Of a stretch of 64,000 nt of DNA, positions 16,056 through 25,911 are shown one piece after another (the first letter of the stretch is position 1; every line of letters begins with the position of its first letter). The stretch lies in contig MHCP01000014.1 in assembly GCA_001816655.1 (NCBI GenBank), positions 27,068 to 91,067 on the forward strand. Direction: 5' to 3'. The DNA comes from Candidatus Woykebacteria bacterium RBG_13_40_15 (GTDB lineage: Bacteria; Patescibacteriota; Microgenomatia; Woykebacterales; RBG-16-39-9b). The translations under genes were made by a program, and so were the position numbers. Below the pieces are notes generated by a model. It was not told the DNA's origin, searched no databases, and worked only from the letters and a program-made list of their open reading frames with translations.

Positions 16056-19010
16056 ATGTTTAAAAAGGTTAGTTCCAAAGTTGATTTTCCGCAACTAGAG
16101 CGTGAAACTCTTAAATATTGGCAAAAAAATAAGATTTTAGAAAAATATCTCGCCAGAAATAAAGATTCCAAAGAAAAGTTCAAGTTTCTCGACGGTCCAA
16201 TTACAGCCAACAATCCAATGGGAGTGCATCATGCTTGGGGAAGGACTTACAAAGATTTGTGGCAACGTTTTTTCAATATGTTGGGCAAACGCCAGCGTTT
16301 TCAAAACGGTTTCGATGAGCAAGGGCTTTGGGTTGAGGTTGAAGTCGAAAAGGACCTTGGATTAAAAACAAAAAAAGACATTGAAAATCTAGTTCCTGGA
16401 AACACCTTTGAATCAATTGCCAAGTTCGTCAATCTTTGTAAGGAAAGAGTTAAAAAGTATTCTGCAGTTCAAGCAGAACAGAGTAAGCGTCTGGGTTATT
16501 TCATGGATTGGGAAAATTCATACCACACAAGTTCCGATCAAAATAATTACGCAATTTGGAATTATCTAAAAACAGTTCACGAAAAAGGCTGGCTTTACAA
16601 AGGGAGAGACACCGTGCCTTGGTGCCCGCGCTGTGGTACCGCCATTTCTCAACACGAGATTTTGACTGAAGAATATCAAGAAATCACCCATAAAGCAGTT
16701 TACGTGCGATATCCTATTATTGGTAAAAAGAATACCTACTTACTTGTTTGGACCACGACTCCTTGGACTCTTCCAGGTAATGTTTCGACTGCTGTTAATC
16801 CTGAACTAAAATATGTAGAAATTGATTGGGTTGTGGGAGCTCCAATCGGGGTTCCAATGGGTAACTACATAGTTTCAGATAACCTCTCAGAACGTATTTT
16901 CAAGGATTTGGACAAGGAAGAAGTAATTCGAACTTTTTCTGGGAAAGAATTAATCGGATTAGAGTATGCGACCCCCTTCGATGATCTTGAAAGAGTTAAA
17001 AATGCAAAAAAAGAAGGAAATTTCCATAAAGTAATCGCTTCCAAAGATTTGGTGACAGCGGAAGAAGGTACCGGTTTGGTTCATATTGCACCGGGGCAGG
17101 GGGAGGAAGATTTTAAACTTGGAAGGGAACAAGATATTCCTACAATTGAATTGATCGATGAAGGGGCTAACTATATAAACGGGTTGGGTGAATTTTCTGG
17201 AAAAAACGCCAAAGACCATCCTGAATTAATCCTTGATTATCTCGAAAAATATGAGAATGGTAAATTTTTCTTTAAAGTCGAGGATTATAAACACCGCTAT
17301 CCAACTTGTTGGCGGTGCAAGACAGAGCTTGTTTGGCGAGTGGTTGATGAGTGGTATATTGCGATGGATAAACCATCGAAGTCAAAAGTAAAAAGTCAAA
17401 ATTCAAAAGTTGAGAAAAAGACTTATCGGGAAATGATGAAAGAAGTTATTAAAGATGTTAAATGGATTCCCTCTTGGGGCTACGAGCGAGAGTTAGACTG
17501 GCTCAACAATATGCACGATTGGCTAATTTCTAAGAAACGATATTGGGGCCTTGCGTTGCCAATTTGGGAGTGTAATAAGTGCGGTAATTTTGAGCTTGTT
17601 GGCTCAAAAGAGGAGTTAAATGAAAAAGCAGTTAGCGGTTGGAAAGAATTTGAAGGCAACTCTCCTCATAGACCTTGGATAGATCAAGTAAAAATAAAGT
17701 GTTCGAAATGTGGGGAAGTGGTATCTAGGATTCCAGATGTTGGAAACCCGTGGCTTGATGCCGGAATTGTTCCATTCTCAACTCTAAATTATTTCGAGGA
17801 CAAAGATTATTGGAGAAAGTGGTTTCCAGCAGATTTTATAACCGAAGCTTTCCCAGGCCAATTTAAAAATTGGTTTTACTCGCTGATTGCAATGTCAACA
17901 GCCCTTGAAGCTACAACCCCATTCAAAACACTTTTAGGTCATGGTCAAGTGAAGGATGAAAAGGGAGAGGAGATGCACAAAAGTAAAGGAAATGCAATTG
18001 AGTTCAATGAATCAGCAGATAAAATAGGGGTTGATGTAATGAGGTGGTTATATCTTAGAACCAAACCTGAACATAATGTTAATTTTGGTTATCACGTTGC
18101 CGAAGAGATAAAGCGCTTATTCTTGTTAAGACTTTGGAATGTTTACGTATTCTTCGTTACTTACGCAAATATTGATGAATGGAATCCGACTAACAAAAAA
18201 TTTAAGCCCACGAATGTTCTTGATAGATGGGTATTTTCCAGAATGAAAGGAAATATTGAGCACGTAACTGAGGCTTTAAATGGTCTTGGGGAGAAGAAAA
18301 GGTTCGATGCAGCAGACGCCATTGGAAACGCCGAAATTTTCGTAGACGACTTATCAAATTGGTATGTGAGGAGAATAAGAGACAGAGTGGGTCCTAACGT
18401 GCCTGATGGAGAAGATAAAAAGGATGCTTATGAAACTCTTTGGGTTGTGCTGAAAAGCTACTCAAAAACCCTTGCTCCAATGGTTCCATTTATTTCGGAG
18501 GAGATATACACAAATTTAACCGGAGAATTATCCGTCCATCTAGTTAATTGGCCTTCAGGTGATGAGTTTTTTAAAGACACAAAACTAGAGGAAGAGATGA
18601 ATTTGGCAAGGGAGATTGTTGAGGCAGCCCACTCTAAACGCAAAGAAAAAGCCATCAAGGTACGTCAACCATTGGCTCTTCTTACCTACCCGAAACAAAA
18701 ACTAGATACAGAAGTGGAAAAGGTAATCGCCGCTGAGGTCAATGTGAAAGAAGTAAGATTTGATCCTAAACAAAAAGAGGGTGTAAGACTTGATGATAGA
18801 ATTACTGAAGAATTAAAAGAAGAAGGAGAAGCAAGAGACTTAATACGGGCTGTTCAGGAAAAACGAAAAGAAGCTAGTGTTGAGTTTAGCGATGAAGTCA
18901 CGGTTTATGCCCCGCTACCAAGTAGAAAAGATCTGGTGGATTTAGTTAAGAAAGAAACATTGGCAAAGAAGCTTATTCAATCTAACGAAATAAAAGTAGA
19001 AAAAGATTAA
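16056..19010 (+). CDS. ileS: isoleucine--tRNA ligase
   Basis: HIGH motif (GVHHAWG), KMSKS-like MHKSKGN, Zn-binding CPRCGT and CSKCG. 984 aa. Confidence 0.9.
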   Translation: MFKKVSSKVDFPQLERETLKYWQKNKILEKYLARNKDSKEKFKFLDGPITANNPMGVHHAWGRTYKDLWQRFFNMLGKRQRFQNGFDEQGLWVEVEVEKDLGLKTKKDIENLVPGNTFESIAKFVNLCKERVKKYSAVQAEQSKRLGYFMDWENSYHTSSDQNNYAIWNYLKTVHEKGWLYKGRDTVPWCPRCGTAISQHEILTEEYQEITHKAVYVRYPIIGKKNTYLLVWTTTPWTLPGNVSTAVNPELKYVEIDWVVGAPIGVPMGNYIVSDNLSERIFKDLDKEEVIRTFSGKELIGLEYATPFDDLERVKNAKKEGNFHKVIASKDLVTAEEGTGLVHIAPGQGEEDFKLGREQDIPTIELIDEGANYINGLGEFSGKNAKDHPELILDYLEKYENGKFFFKVEDYKHRYPTCWRCKTELVWRVVDEWYIAMDKPSKSKVKSQNSKVEKKTYREMMKEVIKDVKWIPSWGYERELDWLNNMHDWLISKKRYWGLALPIWECNKCGNFELVGSKEELNEKAVSGWKEFEGNSPHRPWIDQVKIKCSKCGEVVSRIPDVGNPWLDAGIVPFSTLNYFEDKDYWRKWFPADFITEAFPGQFKNWFYSLIAMSTALEATTPFKTLLGHGQVKDEKGEEMHKSKGNAIEFNESADKIGVDVMRWLYLRTKPEHNVNFGYHVAEEIKRLFLLRLWNVYVFFVTYANIDEWNPTNKKFKPTNVLDRWVFSRMKGNIEHVTEALNGLGEKKRFDAADAIGNAEIFVDDLSNWYVRRIRDRVGPNVPDGEDKKDAYETLWVVLKSYSKTLAPMVPFISEEIYTNLTGELSVHLVNWPSGDEFFKDTKLEEEMNLAREIVEAAHSKRKEKAIKVRQPLALLTYPKQKLDTEVEKVIAAEVNVKEVRFDPKQKEGVRLDDRITEELKEEGEARDLIRAVQEKRKEASVEFSDEVTVYAPLPSRKDLVDLVKKETLAKKLIQSNEIKVEKD

Positions 19011-20110
19011 TGCCAATAGCAAAACTTTTCATAAAGATAGACCTATTAATTTTTATTCCAGCGATTCTACTGAGTTGTTTTGGACTCTTAATTATTTATA
19101 GTGTCTCTTTCGAATCTGACCCATCGTTCTTTTACAGACAAGTTTTCTACCTAATTTTTTCAATAGGACTTTTTTTATTGGTATCACAAATTAGTTTTAA
19201 GACAATTATCCAATTTTCATTTATTTTATATAGTTTGATCATCCTTTTGTTGATTATTACAAATTTCTTTGGAAGCGAAGTTCAAGGGTCTGTGAGATGG
19301 TTGGATTTTGGCTTGGTGAAACTTCAGGCATCTGAGCTTGCGAAACCGGTTGTCGTTTTAGCACTTTCGTTATTTTTTGCCAAGCATCCTGCCAAGAAGC
19401 TAAAAAACTTCCTAATATCTGCGATTTTAGTAGTTATTCCGGCTGTTCTTATTTTAAGGCAACCTGACTTTGGGAACTTTTTTATTTTATTTCTCATTTG
19501 GTTTTTTATCGTCTTTGTTGCAGGAACAAATATTATTTATTTGGTTTCTCTAGTTTTAATTTCGGCTGTTTCCTTTCCATTGCTTTGGAACCTATTAGCG
19601 AGCTACCAAAAGGCTAGAGTGACTACCTTTTTTAATCCCAATTTTGATCCGCAAGGAGCAAGTTACAACGTTGTTCAGGCGATTATTGCGTTTGGAAGCG
19701 GACAGTTAATCGGGAGGGGATTGGGTCGGGGGACACAATCGCATTTGAATTTTTTGCCAGCAGAGCGAACCGACTTTATTTTTGCTTCGACTGGAGAAGA
19801 ACTTGGTTTTCTGGGGATCAGTATAATATTACTTCTTTTTGTTTTTTTGGTTTACCGGCTTGTGAAACTAGCACAATCTACCACGCAGATTGAAGAAAGT
19901 ATATTTATTTTCGGTTCAGCGTTTGCGATTTTTCTTCAATTTTTTATAAATACAGCCGTAAATATGGGTATTTTACCGGCTACTGGTATCACTCTTCCAT
20001 TTGTTTCATTTGGCGGTAGTTCCTTAGCTTCAATGTTTTTGTTTCTCGCCTTGGTGCAATCGATAATTAATCAAAAGAAAGAAAAAGCTGATGCTGTTTT
20101 AACTAGTTGA
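19010..20110 (+). CDS. rodA: SEDS-family protein, RodA-like
   Basis: Second FtsW/RodA-family polytopic protein, outside the dcw cluster. Confidence 0.65.
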   Translation: MPIAKLFIKIDLLIFIPAILLSCFGLLIIYSVSFESDPSFFYRQVFYLIFSIGLFLLVSQISFKTIIQFSFILYSLIILLLIITNFFGSEVQGSVRWLDFGLVKLQASELAKPVVVLALSLFFAKHPAKKLKNFLISAILVVIPAVLILRQPDFGNFFILFLIWFFIVFVAGTNIIYLVSLVLISAVSFPLLWNLLASYQKARVTTFFNPNFDPQGASYNVVQAIIAFGSGQLIGRGLGRGTQSHLNFLPAERTDFIFASTGEELGFLGISIILLLFVFLVYRLVKLAQSTTQIEESIFIFGSAFAIFLQFFINTAVNMGILPATGITLPFVSFGGSSLASMFLFLALVQSIINQKKEKADAVLTS

Positions 20111-20134
20111 CAGTTCACACTCTAAGCCTATATT
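20107..20134 (+). promoter_or_regulatory. sigma70-like promoter (TTGACA-16bp-TATATT) for rplU-rpmA-parB
   Basis: Consensus -35 overlapping the rodA stop. The -10 lies about 38 nt before the rplU start. Confidence 0.4.
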
Positions 20135-20171
20135 ATTTAGGCAACCAAAAGATTATTGAAAGCTTAAATTT

Positions 20172-20480
20172 ATGAAATACGCGGTTATTAGAACAGGCGG
20201 CAAGCAATATAAAGTGATGGAGGGGCAAACTTTGGTTATTGAAAAAGTCGATGTTGAAAAGGAAAAACCCATAGAGTTCGATCAAGTCCTGCTTTTAGTG
20301 GAAGACGATAAAGCAAAGATTGGACAGCCGATTCTTGAAGCAAAGGTTAAGGCAAAAGTCATCGATCATATTAAAGGTGAAAAGATTGATGTTTTCAAAT
20401 ATAAAGCAAAGACGGGTTATCATCGTAAAATTGGGCACCGTCAAAACTTGACAAAGGTACAGATAGAAAAGATCGGATAA
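20172..20480 (+). CDS. rplU: 50S ribosomal protein L21
   Basis: MKYAVIRTGGKQYKV... Confidence 0.9.
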   Translation: MKYAVIRTGGKQYKVMEGQTLVIEKVDVEKEKPIEFDQVLLLVEDDKAKIGQPILEAKVKAKVIDHIKGEKIDVFKYKAKTGYHRKIGHRQNLTKVQIEKIG

Positions 20481-20525
20481 TAAAATTAGAAGTTAGTATT
20501 TAGAAATTATAAATCCGGAGACAGT

Positions 20526-20789
20526 ATGGCTCATAAAAAATCAGGTGGTTCAAAGGCAAGACAAGGTAGTAAACCAGCTGGAAAACGTTTAGGCGTAAAA
20601 ATTTATGCTGGTCAGGCAGTATCACCAGGAGAAATAATTGTTCGACAAAAAGGAACGCGTTTGCATCCTGGAGAAGGGGTAAAAATTGGCAGAGACTTTA
20701 CCATGTTTGCCGTAAAAGAGGGAACAGTCGCAATTAGAAACGTGAAAGGTAAAAAATTTGTGGGTATTGCTCGCGAGGCTAAAAAATGA
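20526..20789 (+). CDS. rpmA: 50S ribosomal protein L27
   Basis: MAHKKSGGSKARQGS... Confidence 0.9.
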   Translation: MAHKKSGGSKARQGSKPAGKRLGVKIYAGQAVSPGEIIVRQKGTRLHPGEGVKIGRDFTMFAVKEGTVAIRNVKGKKFVGIAREAKK

Positions 20790-21586
20790 TGGAAACGATA
20801 GATATTGAGACACTCGAAATCGACATTGATGTTTTACAACCAAACCCTCTGCAACCGCGAGGACAAATTTTACCGGATTCTTTGGTTGAATTGGCAGAAT
20901 CTATACGGGAACACGGGATTTTGGAACCTTTGATTGTTGCAAAGACGCCTGCTGGTTACCAAATAATCGCTGGAGAGAGGCGTTGGAGAGCATCGAAGTT
21001 GGCGGGTCTTACAAAATTACCCTGCTTGGTTAAGGAAACTTCCCCACGAGGCATGCTTGAAATGGCCTTAGTTGAAAATGTTCAACGAGTTGATTTAAAC
21101 CCAATAGAGCGGGCCCAAGCATATAGAAAATTAATTGAAGAATTTTCCTTGACAGCTACTGAAATTGGCCAGCGTGTTGGGAAAAGCGGTCCCTATATCT
21201 CAAATAGTTTGAGACTGCTTGAACTGCCTGATGCTCTAAAGGATGGATTACTTTCCAGTACAATTACCGAAGGCCATGCAAAGGCTTTACTTGGGCTAGA
21301 AGATATCAACTTAATGATAGCAGGTTACAAACAAGTTTTGTCTGAAAATCTTGGCGTTAGAGCGACAGAAGAAATGGTTCGTAGAATGAAGGCTAAAGCA
21401 GAAATAAAGCCCAAGACAAAGAGAGAGTATCAGCACTCAGAAGATATAACCAAAATTGAAAATGAAATTGCATCTTCTACAGGGTGCAAGACAAGGCTTT
21501 TGCGTTCTGCAAAAAGCGGTAGGCTTCTTTTGATTTTCACTTCAGACGATCAACTCCAAGCTATCTATAAGAAACTAACCTCCTAA
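20786..21586 (+). CDS. parB: ParB/Spo0J-like partition protein
   Basis: ParB box ILEPLIV...IIAGERRWRASKLAG and an HTH region. ATGA overlap with rpmA. Confidence 0.75.
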   Translation: MMETIDIETLEIDIDVLQPNPLQPRGQILPDSLVELAESIREHGILEPLIVAKTPAGYQIIAGERRWRASKLAGLTKLPCLVKETSPRGMLEMALVENVQRVDLNPIERAQAYRKLIEEFSLTATEIGQRVGKSGPYISNSLRLLELPDALKDGLLSSTITEGHAKALLGLEDINLMIAGYKQVLSENLGVRATEEMVRRMKAKAEIKPKTKREYQHSEDITKIENEIASSTGCKTRLLRSAKSGRLLLIFTSDDQLQAIYKKLTS

Positions 21587-22155
21587 TAAGTAATTCCTTT
21601 AATTATTGAAATCTTATTGGGTGGCCAGTAACGTAGCCATGCCTTTCCAATAATCGATTTTCTGGTGATTGGACCCCACTCTCTTGAATCATAGCTGTGC
21701 GTTCTATTATCCCCCAAAACAACATAACTGTCCGCTGGAACTTCAACTTTTTTCCCGTCTCGCAGGTAAGAGCCGCCTGATATGGGCTCAGTTATTTGAT
21801 ATGGTTCTGTGAGAGTAAAACCGTTTGGATGCTCGGAGTTATAAATAACGATGTGATCATTTCTAATTTCGACTTTTTCTCCGGGTAGCCCTATGATCCG
21901 TTTTATAAAGTCAACATCAGGGTTCGTTGGCGATTTAAAAACTATCACATCACCTCTCTGGGGTTTATTAAATCTGTAAGTTATTTTATCAGTTAGAATA
22001 TACTGACCATCATAAAAATTAGGCTCCATACTAGCACCTTTTACTTCATGGGGTTGGATAAGGAAGATGTACAAAACTACAAATATTGCGGCAGCGACAA
22101 CTACGGTTTCAATTATATCTATGAAAATAGCCAAAATGGATGTTTTTTCTCCCAT
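21583..22155 (-). CDS. lepB: signal peptidase I
   Basis: S26 motifs GASMEPNF and VLGDNRTHSYDSREWG. Confidence 0.8.
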   Translation of the reverse strand: MGEKTSILAIFIDIIETVVVAAAIFVVLYIFLIQPHEVKGASMEPNFYDGQYILTDKITYRFNKPQRGDVIVFKSPTNPDVDFIKRIIGLPGEKVEIRNDHIVIYNSEHPNGFTLTEPYQITEPISGGSYLRDGKKVEVPADSYVVLGDNRTHSYDSREWGPITRKSIIGKAWLRYWPPNKISIIKGITY

Positions 22156-22294
22156 AACTAAAAACTGGGTTTTTAAAACCAGCAGTTTAAGTATACCTAT
22201 AAAATAAATTGCTACGCAAGAGTCGTTTTGCTAAAATATCGTCGGAGCCGTTATTTTACGTCGATTGGAAGTTGTCGTAAAATTGTTTTGCTTT

Positions 22295-22370
22295 GGGCCC
22301 GTAGCTCAGTGGTTAGAGCGTTCGGTTCACATCCGAAAGGCCGATGGTTCAAATCCATCCGGGCCCACCA
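22295..22370 (+). tRNA. tRNA-Val (anticodon CAC)
   Basis: Cloverleaf GGGCCCGTAGCTCAGTGGTTAGAGCG...GGTTCAAATCC...CCA. Anticodon loop TTCACAT. Encoded CCA. Confidence 0.85.
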
Positions 22371-22375
22371 TTGTT

Positions 22376-23641
22376 ATGAATATTCCTTTTAAACTTGCCT
22401 ACAATACAACGGTTCAGTTTGCCGGCAGATTTATAACAGCAGTTTCTGCTGCAGGCATAACTTATTTAATAGCAAGCAAGTTTTCAGTTGGTAATTATGG
22501 TATTTACACTGCAATTTTGAGCTTTGTTTCACTATTTTATGTGTTCACTGATTTTGGATTCAATGCAATATTTGTTAGGGAGGTTGGGTTAGATTCCGAG
22601 AAGCAGAAAAGTTATTTCAAAAATTTGCTAGGGCTTCGGATTGTAACCTCAGTTCTTGTTGTTTTTATTGCGGTCGCTACGCTGTCATTTACAGATTACT
22701 CGGGGTTGGCAAAGCTGGGGATAATAATTGGACTACTTCTTATTGTTACGCAGTCTCTTGCTGCAACTGCTTTAGCCGTCTTCCAGGCTAAAATCCGTTA
22801 CGACCAAGCTTTGATTGCAGATACTTTTGGGGCGGTTGCCAACTTGGTTTTTGTTTATATAGCAGTTGTAAATTTTAGCAACATTCTTTTAGTGATTTTA
22901 GCTTTAGTTACGGGAAGTGCCGTCCGTACTATTGTAGCTTTATACTTAGCTCGGTTTCAGATTGGAGACCTCGAAATTTCATTCGATTGGATTTTCTGGA
23001 AAAAAATAATTATTCCAGCCATCCCAATTGGGGCCTTGGCAATTTTTAGTCAATTTAATGCACAAATTGATAAGCAGATAGTTTTCTTGGCCCACTATAA
23101 AGCAAGTTTAGGATTAGAGGGCCAGACTGCCGCTGGGATATACGGGCTGGCCTACAAAATTTTCGAGTTTGGTGTAGCTTTACCAACATTTATTATGAAT
23201 GTAGGCTATCCCCTAATGATTCAAAAAAAAGAAGAAGGGGAAGAAAAGCTACTTAACTTTTCAAAAAAATTAGGCATTTTGCTACTGATAATTGGGTTTC
23301 TTGGTTTGGTTTCTGGTTGGGTGTTATCACCTTGGGTTTTTAATATCCCAGGTCTCGAAAAGTTCTCTCAAAGTGTTCCAACACTTCGGGTTCTGTTGAT
23401 CGGATTGCCCTTGTTTTTTATTACCCCTGTATCTTTGTGGCTAGCAATTTCAATAAATAAGGAAAAGGAGATGATGTTTATTTATGGGTTTGTGGCCGCA
23501 CTTAATTTAGTTGCGAATTTGTTTTTCGTACCTTCGTTTGGTTACAATGCCGCGGCTGTAATTACTGTTGTAAGTGAGGGTTTGATCCTACTGTTAAGTT
23601 TTGGGGTTTTGTGGCTGGAAATTAAGAAGATAAAGACATGA
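22376..23641 (+). CDS. MOP-superfamily polysaccharide/oligosaccharide flippase (Wzx/MurJ-like)
   Basis: About 12 TM helices with a polysaccharide-biosynthesis-protein-like layout. Start placed at the ATG after the tRNA. Confidence 0.55.
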   Translation: MNIPFKLAYNTTVQFAGRFITAVSAAGITYLIASKFSVGNYGIYTAILSFVSLFYVFTDFGFNAIFVREVGLDSEKQKSYFKNLLGLRIVTSVLVVFIAVATLSFTDYSGLAKLGIIIGLLLIVTQSLAATALAVFQAKIRYDQALIADTFGAVANLVFVYIAVVNFSNILLVILALVTGSAVRTIVALYLARFQIGDLEISFDWIFWKKIIIPAIPIGALAIFSQFNAQIDKQIVFLAHYKASLGLEGQTAAGIYGLAYKIFEFGVALPTFIMNVGYPLMIQKKEEGEEKLLNFSKKLGILLLIIGFLGLVSGWVLSPWVFNIPGLEKFSQSVPTLRVLLIGLPLFFITPVSLWLAISINKEKEMMFIYGFVAALNLVANLFFVPSFGYNAAAVITVVSEGLILLLSFGVLWLEIKKIKT

Positions 23642-24909
23642 AAATATTACAAATTTTGGTAGCCGTAACTTTGATTTTCCTTCCGCTTTATGTAATTCGT
23701 TGTAAAAATTTTTCCTGGTGTTCTTCTTCGGTACCATTTACATTGTTGGAGGTTTTGATTTTGATTACTTTTGCCGCCTGGGTTGTGTGGAAGGTATATC
23801 TAGCTAAAAAAGGGGAAAAAGTCTCTTGTAGCCTTTATGAAAGCCTTAGAAGACCATTTTTTTGGCCCCTAGTGGTATTTTTAATTCTTGCTACCATTTC
23901 CTTGTTTATTTCGCCAGATATTAGGTCTGCCGCAGGTATTTGGAAAGCCTACTTTATCGAGCCGGCCTTGCTTTTTATTGTAATTACCGACCTTGCTTCA
24001 CGTAAAAAATCACTTAATTGGCTTATTTTACCTATGATTTTCTCAGGCCTATGGGTTTCTGCTATAGCGATATGGCAAGTAATAGCGGATGTGCCTCACT
24101 TTAGTTTGAGTTTAACTAGAATTGAAAGGGTTACAAGCGTTTATAACACGCCAAATAGCCTTGGTTTATACCTAGGCCCGCTTTTTTTATTGACTAGCGG
24201 ATTTTTAGCCGGAACATTTAAAAGCAGAAAATATGGTCTTCAGAAGGTTGTTTTAATTTCTTTTCTTAGCGCATGTCTAATCTCGTTTTTGCTGACTATA
24301 TATTTGAGCGGTAGTAGAGGAGCACTTTGGGGCTTACTTTTTTCGGTTTTATTTTTCTTCTCTTTGGCTGTTTATTCAAAAGTAACAAAAAAGATTAAGA
24401 ACCTACTTAAAATAACTTTTTTTCTTGGGATAGTGGCTTTTTTGGCAGGCTGTTTTTTTTATTTTATCAATATAGATAAAATTGTTGCTGAGAGTAGTCA
24501 AGAGGTGAGGAATAGCTATATTTCACGTTTGTGTATGTGGCAAGGAACTAAGAGAATAGTAAGCGAGAAGGCAATTACTGGAATTGGCCTTTCTGGTTTC
24601 CCGGCGGTTTACCCACGTTATGCTACCTGCGAGCCATTTCATTATCAGTATCCTCATAATATCTTTTTGAATTTCTGGGCCGAACTTGGGCTTTTTGGGT
24701 TGGCTGCTTTCCTTTGGATTACATTTAAATACGTTGAGGTGATAAGTAAAGTCCCCCGCAGCTTCTTAGCTTTTGGTTTATTTTCGGTGATTGTCTATAT
24801 ATTCATTCACGGTTTAGTGGATGTTCCGTACTTTAAAAACGATTTAAGTGTACAGTTTTGGGTATTTCTAGCGATGGTGGGTTGGTTTGATAATGTTTAT
24901 AAGGGCTAG
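23638..24909 (+). CDS. O-antigen ligase/polymerase family membrane protein (Wzy_C-like)
   Basis: Polytopic protein with a GSRGALWG loop motif typical of the O-antigen ligase family. Confidence 0.5.
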   Translation: MKILQILVAVTLIFLPLYVIRCKNFSWCSSSVPFTLLEVLILITFAAWVVWKVYLAKKGEKVSCSLYESLRRPFFWPLVVFLILATISLFISPDIRSAAGIWKAYFIEPALLFIVITDLASRKKSLNWLILPMIFSGLWVSAIAIWQVIADVPHFSLSLTRIERVTSVYNTPNSLGLYLGPLFLLTSGFLAGTFKSRKYGLQKVVLISFLSACLISFLLTIYLSGSRGALWGLLFSVLFFFSLAVYSKVTKKIKNLLKITFFLGIVAFLAGCFFYFINIDKIVAESSQEVRNSYISRLCMWQGTKRIVSEKAITGIGLSGFPAVYPRYATCEPFHYQYPHNIFLNFWAELGLFGLAAFLWITFKYVEVISKVPRSFLAFGLFSVIVYIFIHGLVDVPYFKNDLSVQFWVFLAMVGWFDNVYKG

Positions 24910-25631
24910 CTTTTGACAACCACTGTTAAATTGGTAGTCTTTGTATTTCCCGCTTTATCTTTAGCTCTAACTTCAATTTTTGTTTCTCCAGCTGAAACAG
25001 ACAAGACATAAGAAAAACTGTTGTTTTGATAAATTGGGGTTTGAATTGAGTTTATGAAAACTGTTGTATCGGGTTCAGTTGTTCCTTTTATCGTTACATT
25101 TTTGGTTTCTTTTCCAAATACTTGCCCATTTACTGGTTCTGAAACTGTTAAAGCTGGTTCTGTTTTGTCTAAGGTTATAGTTGCTCTTTCCTCTTGGGTC
25201 TCTCCAGATTTGTCGGAGGCAGCTATTTTTATAAAATTAAGGCCCTCGTTAAGAGAGACGTCAGTAAAGGCGAATTTTCCAGCGTTGTCCGTAACTGTTT
25301 TTCCAGTTTCAGTTCCGTTCAAATAAAGTAATACATTTACCCCGGCGGTAGTTGAACCTGAGATTGTAATCTTTTCTTTGTTGGTGAATTCAGGTAGGGA
25401 AGAAAAAGTAGGTTTGGTTAAAGGAATATTAAGATCGGTGGACTCTTCAGCGTCTTTACTGTTTAAGCCGCCTATTATTTGGACAAAAGTAATTCCCCAA
25501 AACCAAATTACCAAAATTAAAACGGCCGTTATACCAATAATTATTGCTAATCGGCGGTAGATCTGTTTATTTTCCTGATTGAATTGACGGTAAGTGTAAG
25601 CTGGCACTCCCGCACGGATTTTTCTTTTCAT
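24906..25631 (-). CDS. membrane-anchored surface protein with Ig-like (Big) beta-sandwich repeats
   Basis: N-terminal TM segment followed by a Thr/Ser/Asn-rich beta-strand repeat pattern. Confidence 0.4.
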   Translation of the reverse strand: MKRKIRAGVPAYTYRQFNQENKQIYRRLAIIIGITAVLILVIWFWGITFVQIIGGLNSKDAEESTDLNIPLTKPTFSSLPEFTNKEKITISGSTTAGVNVLLYLNGTETGKTVTDNAGKFAFTDVSLNEGLNFIKIAASDKSGETQEERATITLDKTEPALTVSEPVNGQVFGKETKNVTIKGTTEPDTTVFINSIQTPIYQNNSFSYVLSVSAGETKIEVRAKDKAGNTKTTNLTVVVKS

Positions 25632-25636
25632 TTCCT

Positions 25637-25692
25637 TGGAGCCGATGGTCGGATTTGAACCGACGACCCACTCTTTACCTGCCCGACATCCT
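25637..25692 (-). other. tRNA 3'-half fragment (T-arm, acceptor 3' strand and CCA), near-duplicate of the tRNA-Thr 3' end
   Basis: 39-nt direct repeat (25634-25672 vs 25689-25727) with 2 mismatches. No matching 5' acceptor strand. Confidence 0.5.
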
Positions 25693-25767
25693 TGGAGCCC
25701 ATGGTCGGATTTGAACCGACAACCTGGCGCTTACGAAGCGCCTGCTCTTCCGTTGAGCTACATGGGC
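25693..25767 (-). tRNA. tRNA-Thr (anticodon CGT)
   Basis: Reverse complement GCCCATGTAGCTCAACGGAAGAGCAGGCGCTTCGTAAGCGCC...GGTTCAAATCCGACCATGGGCTCCA. Anticodon loop TTCGTAA. Confidence 0.85.
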
Positions 25768-25787
25768 CCGTCAAGGCAGGCGGGCGA

Positions 25788-25820
25788 AAGAGGCGCTCTA
25801 CCACTGAGCTACATTAGCAG
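25788..25820 (-). other. tRNA 5'-half-like fragment (acceptor GCTAATG plus D-arm GTAGCTCAGTGGTAGAGC) with no downstream anticodon/T arms
   Basis: Reverse complement reads CTGCTAATGTAGCTCAGTGGTAGAGCGCC, then diverges. Confidence 0.3.
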
Positions 25821-25911
25821 GTTGATAGATCGAGAGTTCAAATACAATTTTCGACACCTGTATTATACATAATTTTTCAAAATAAAATAGGGACAGTTTG
25901 GGTGAAAAGGA

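Noticed and set aside
22265-22375. 5' extension of the flippase ORF (MEVVVKLFCFGPVAQWLERS...)
   Set aside because: The extension is the translation of tRNA-Val itself. The start was moved to the ATG at 22376.
25636-25872. 78-aa plus-strand ORF, and the 26404-26637 77-aa plus-strand ORF
   Set aside because: Both are read-through translations of tRNA genes and fragments on the opposite strand.
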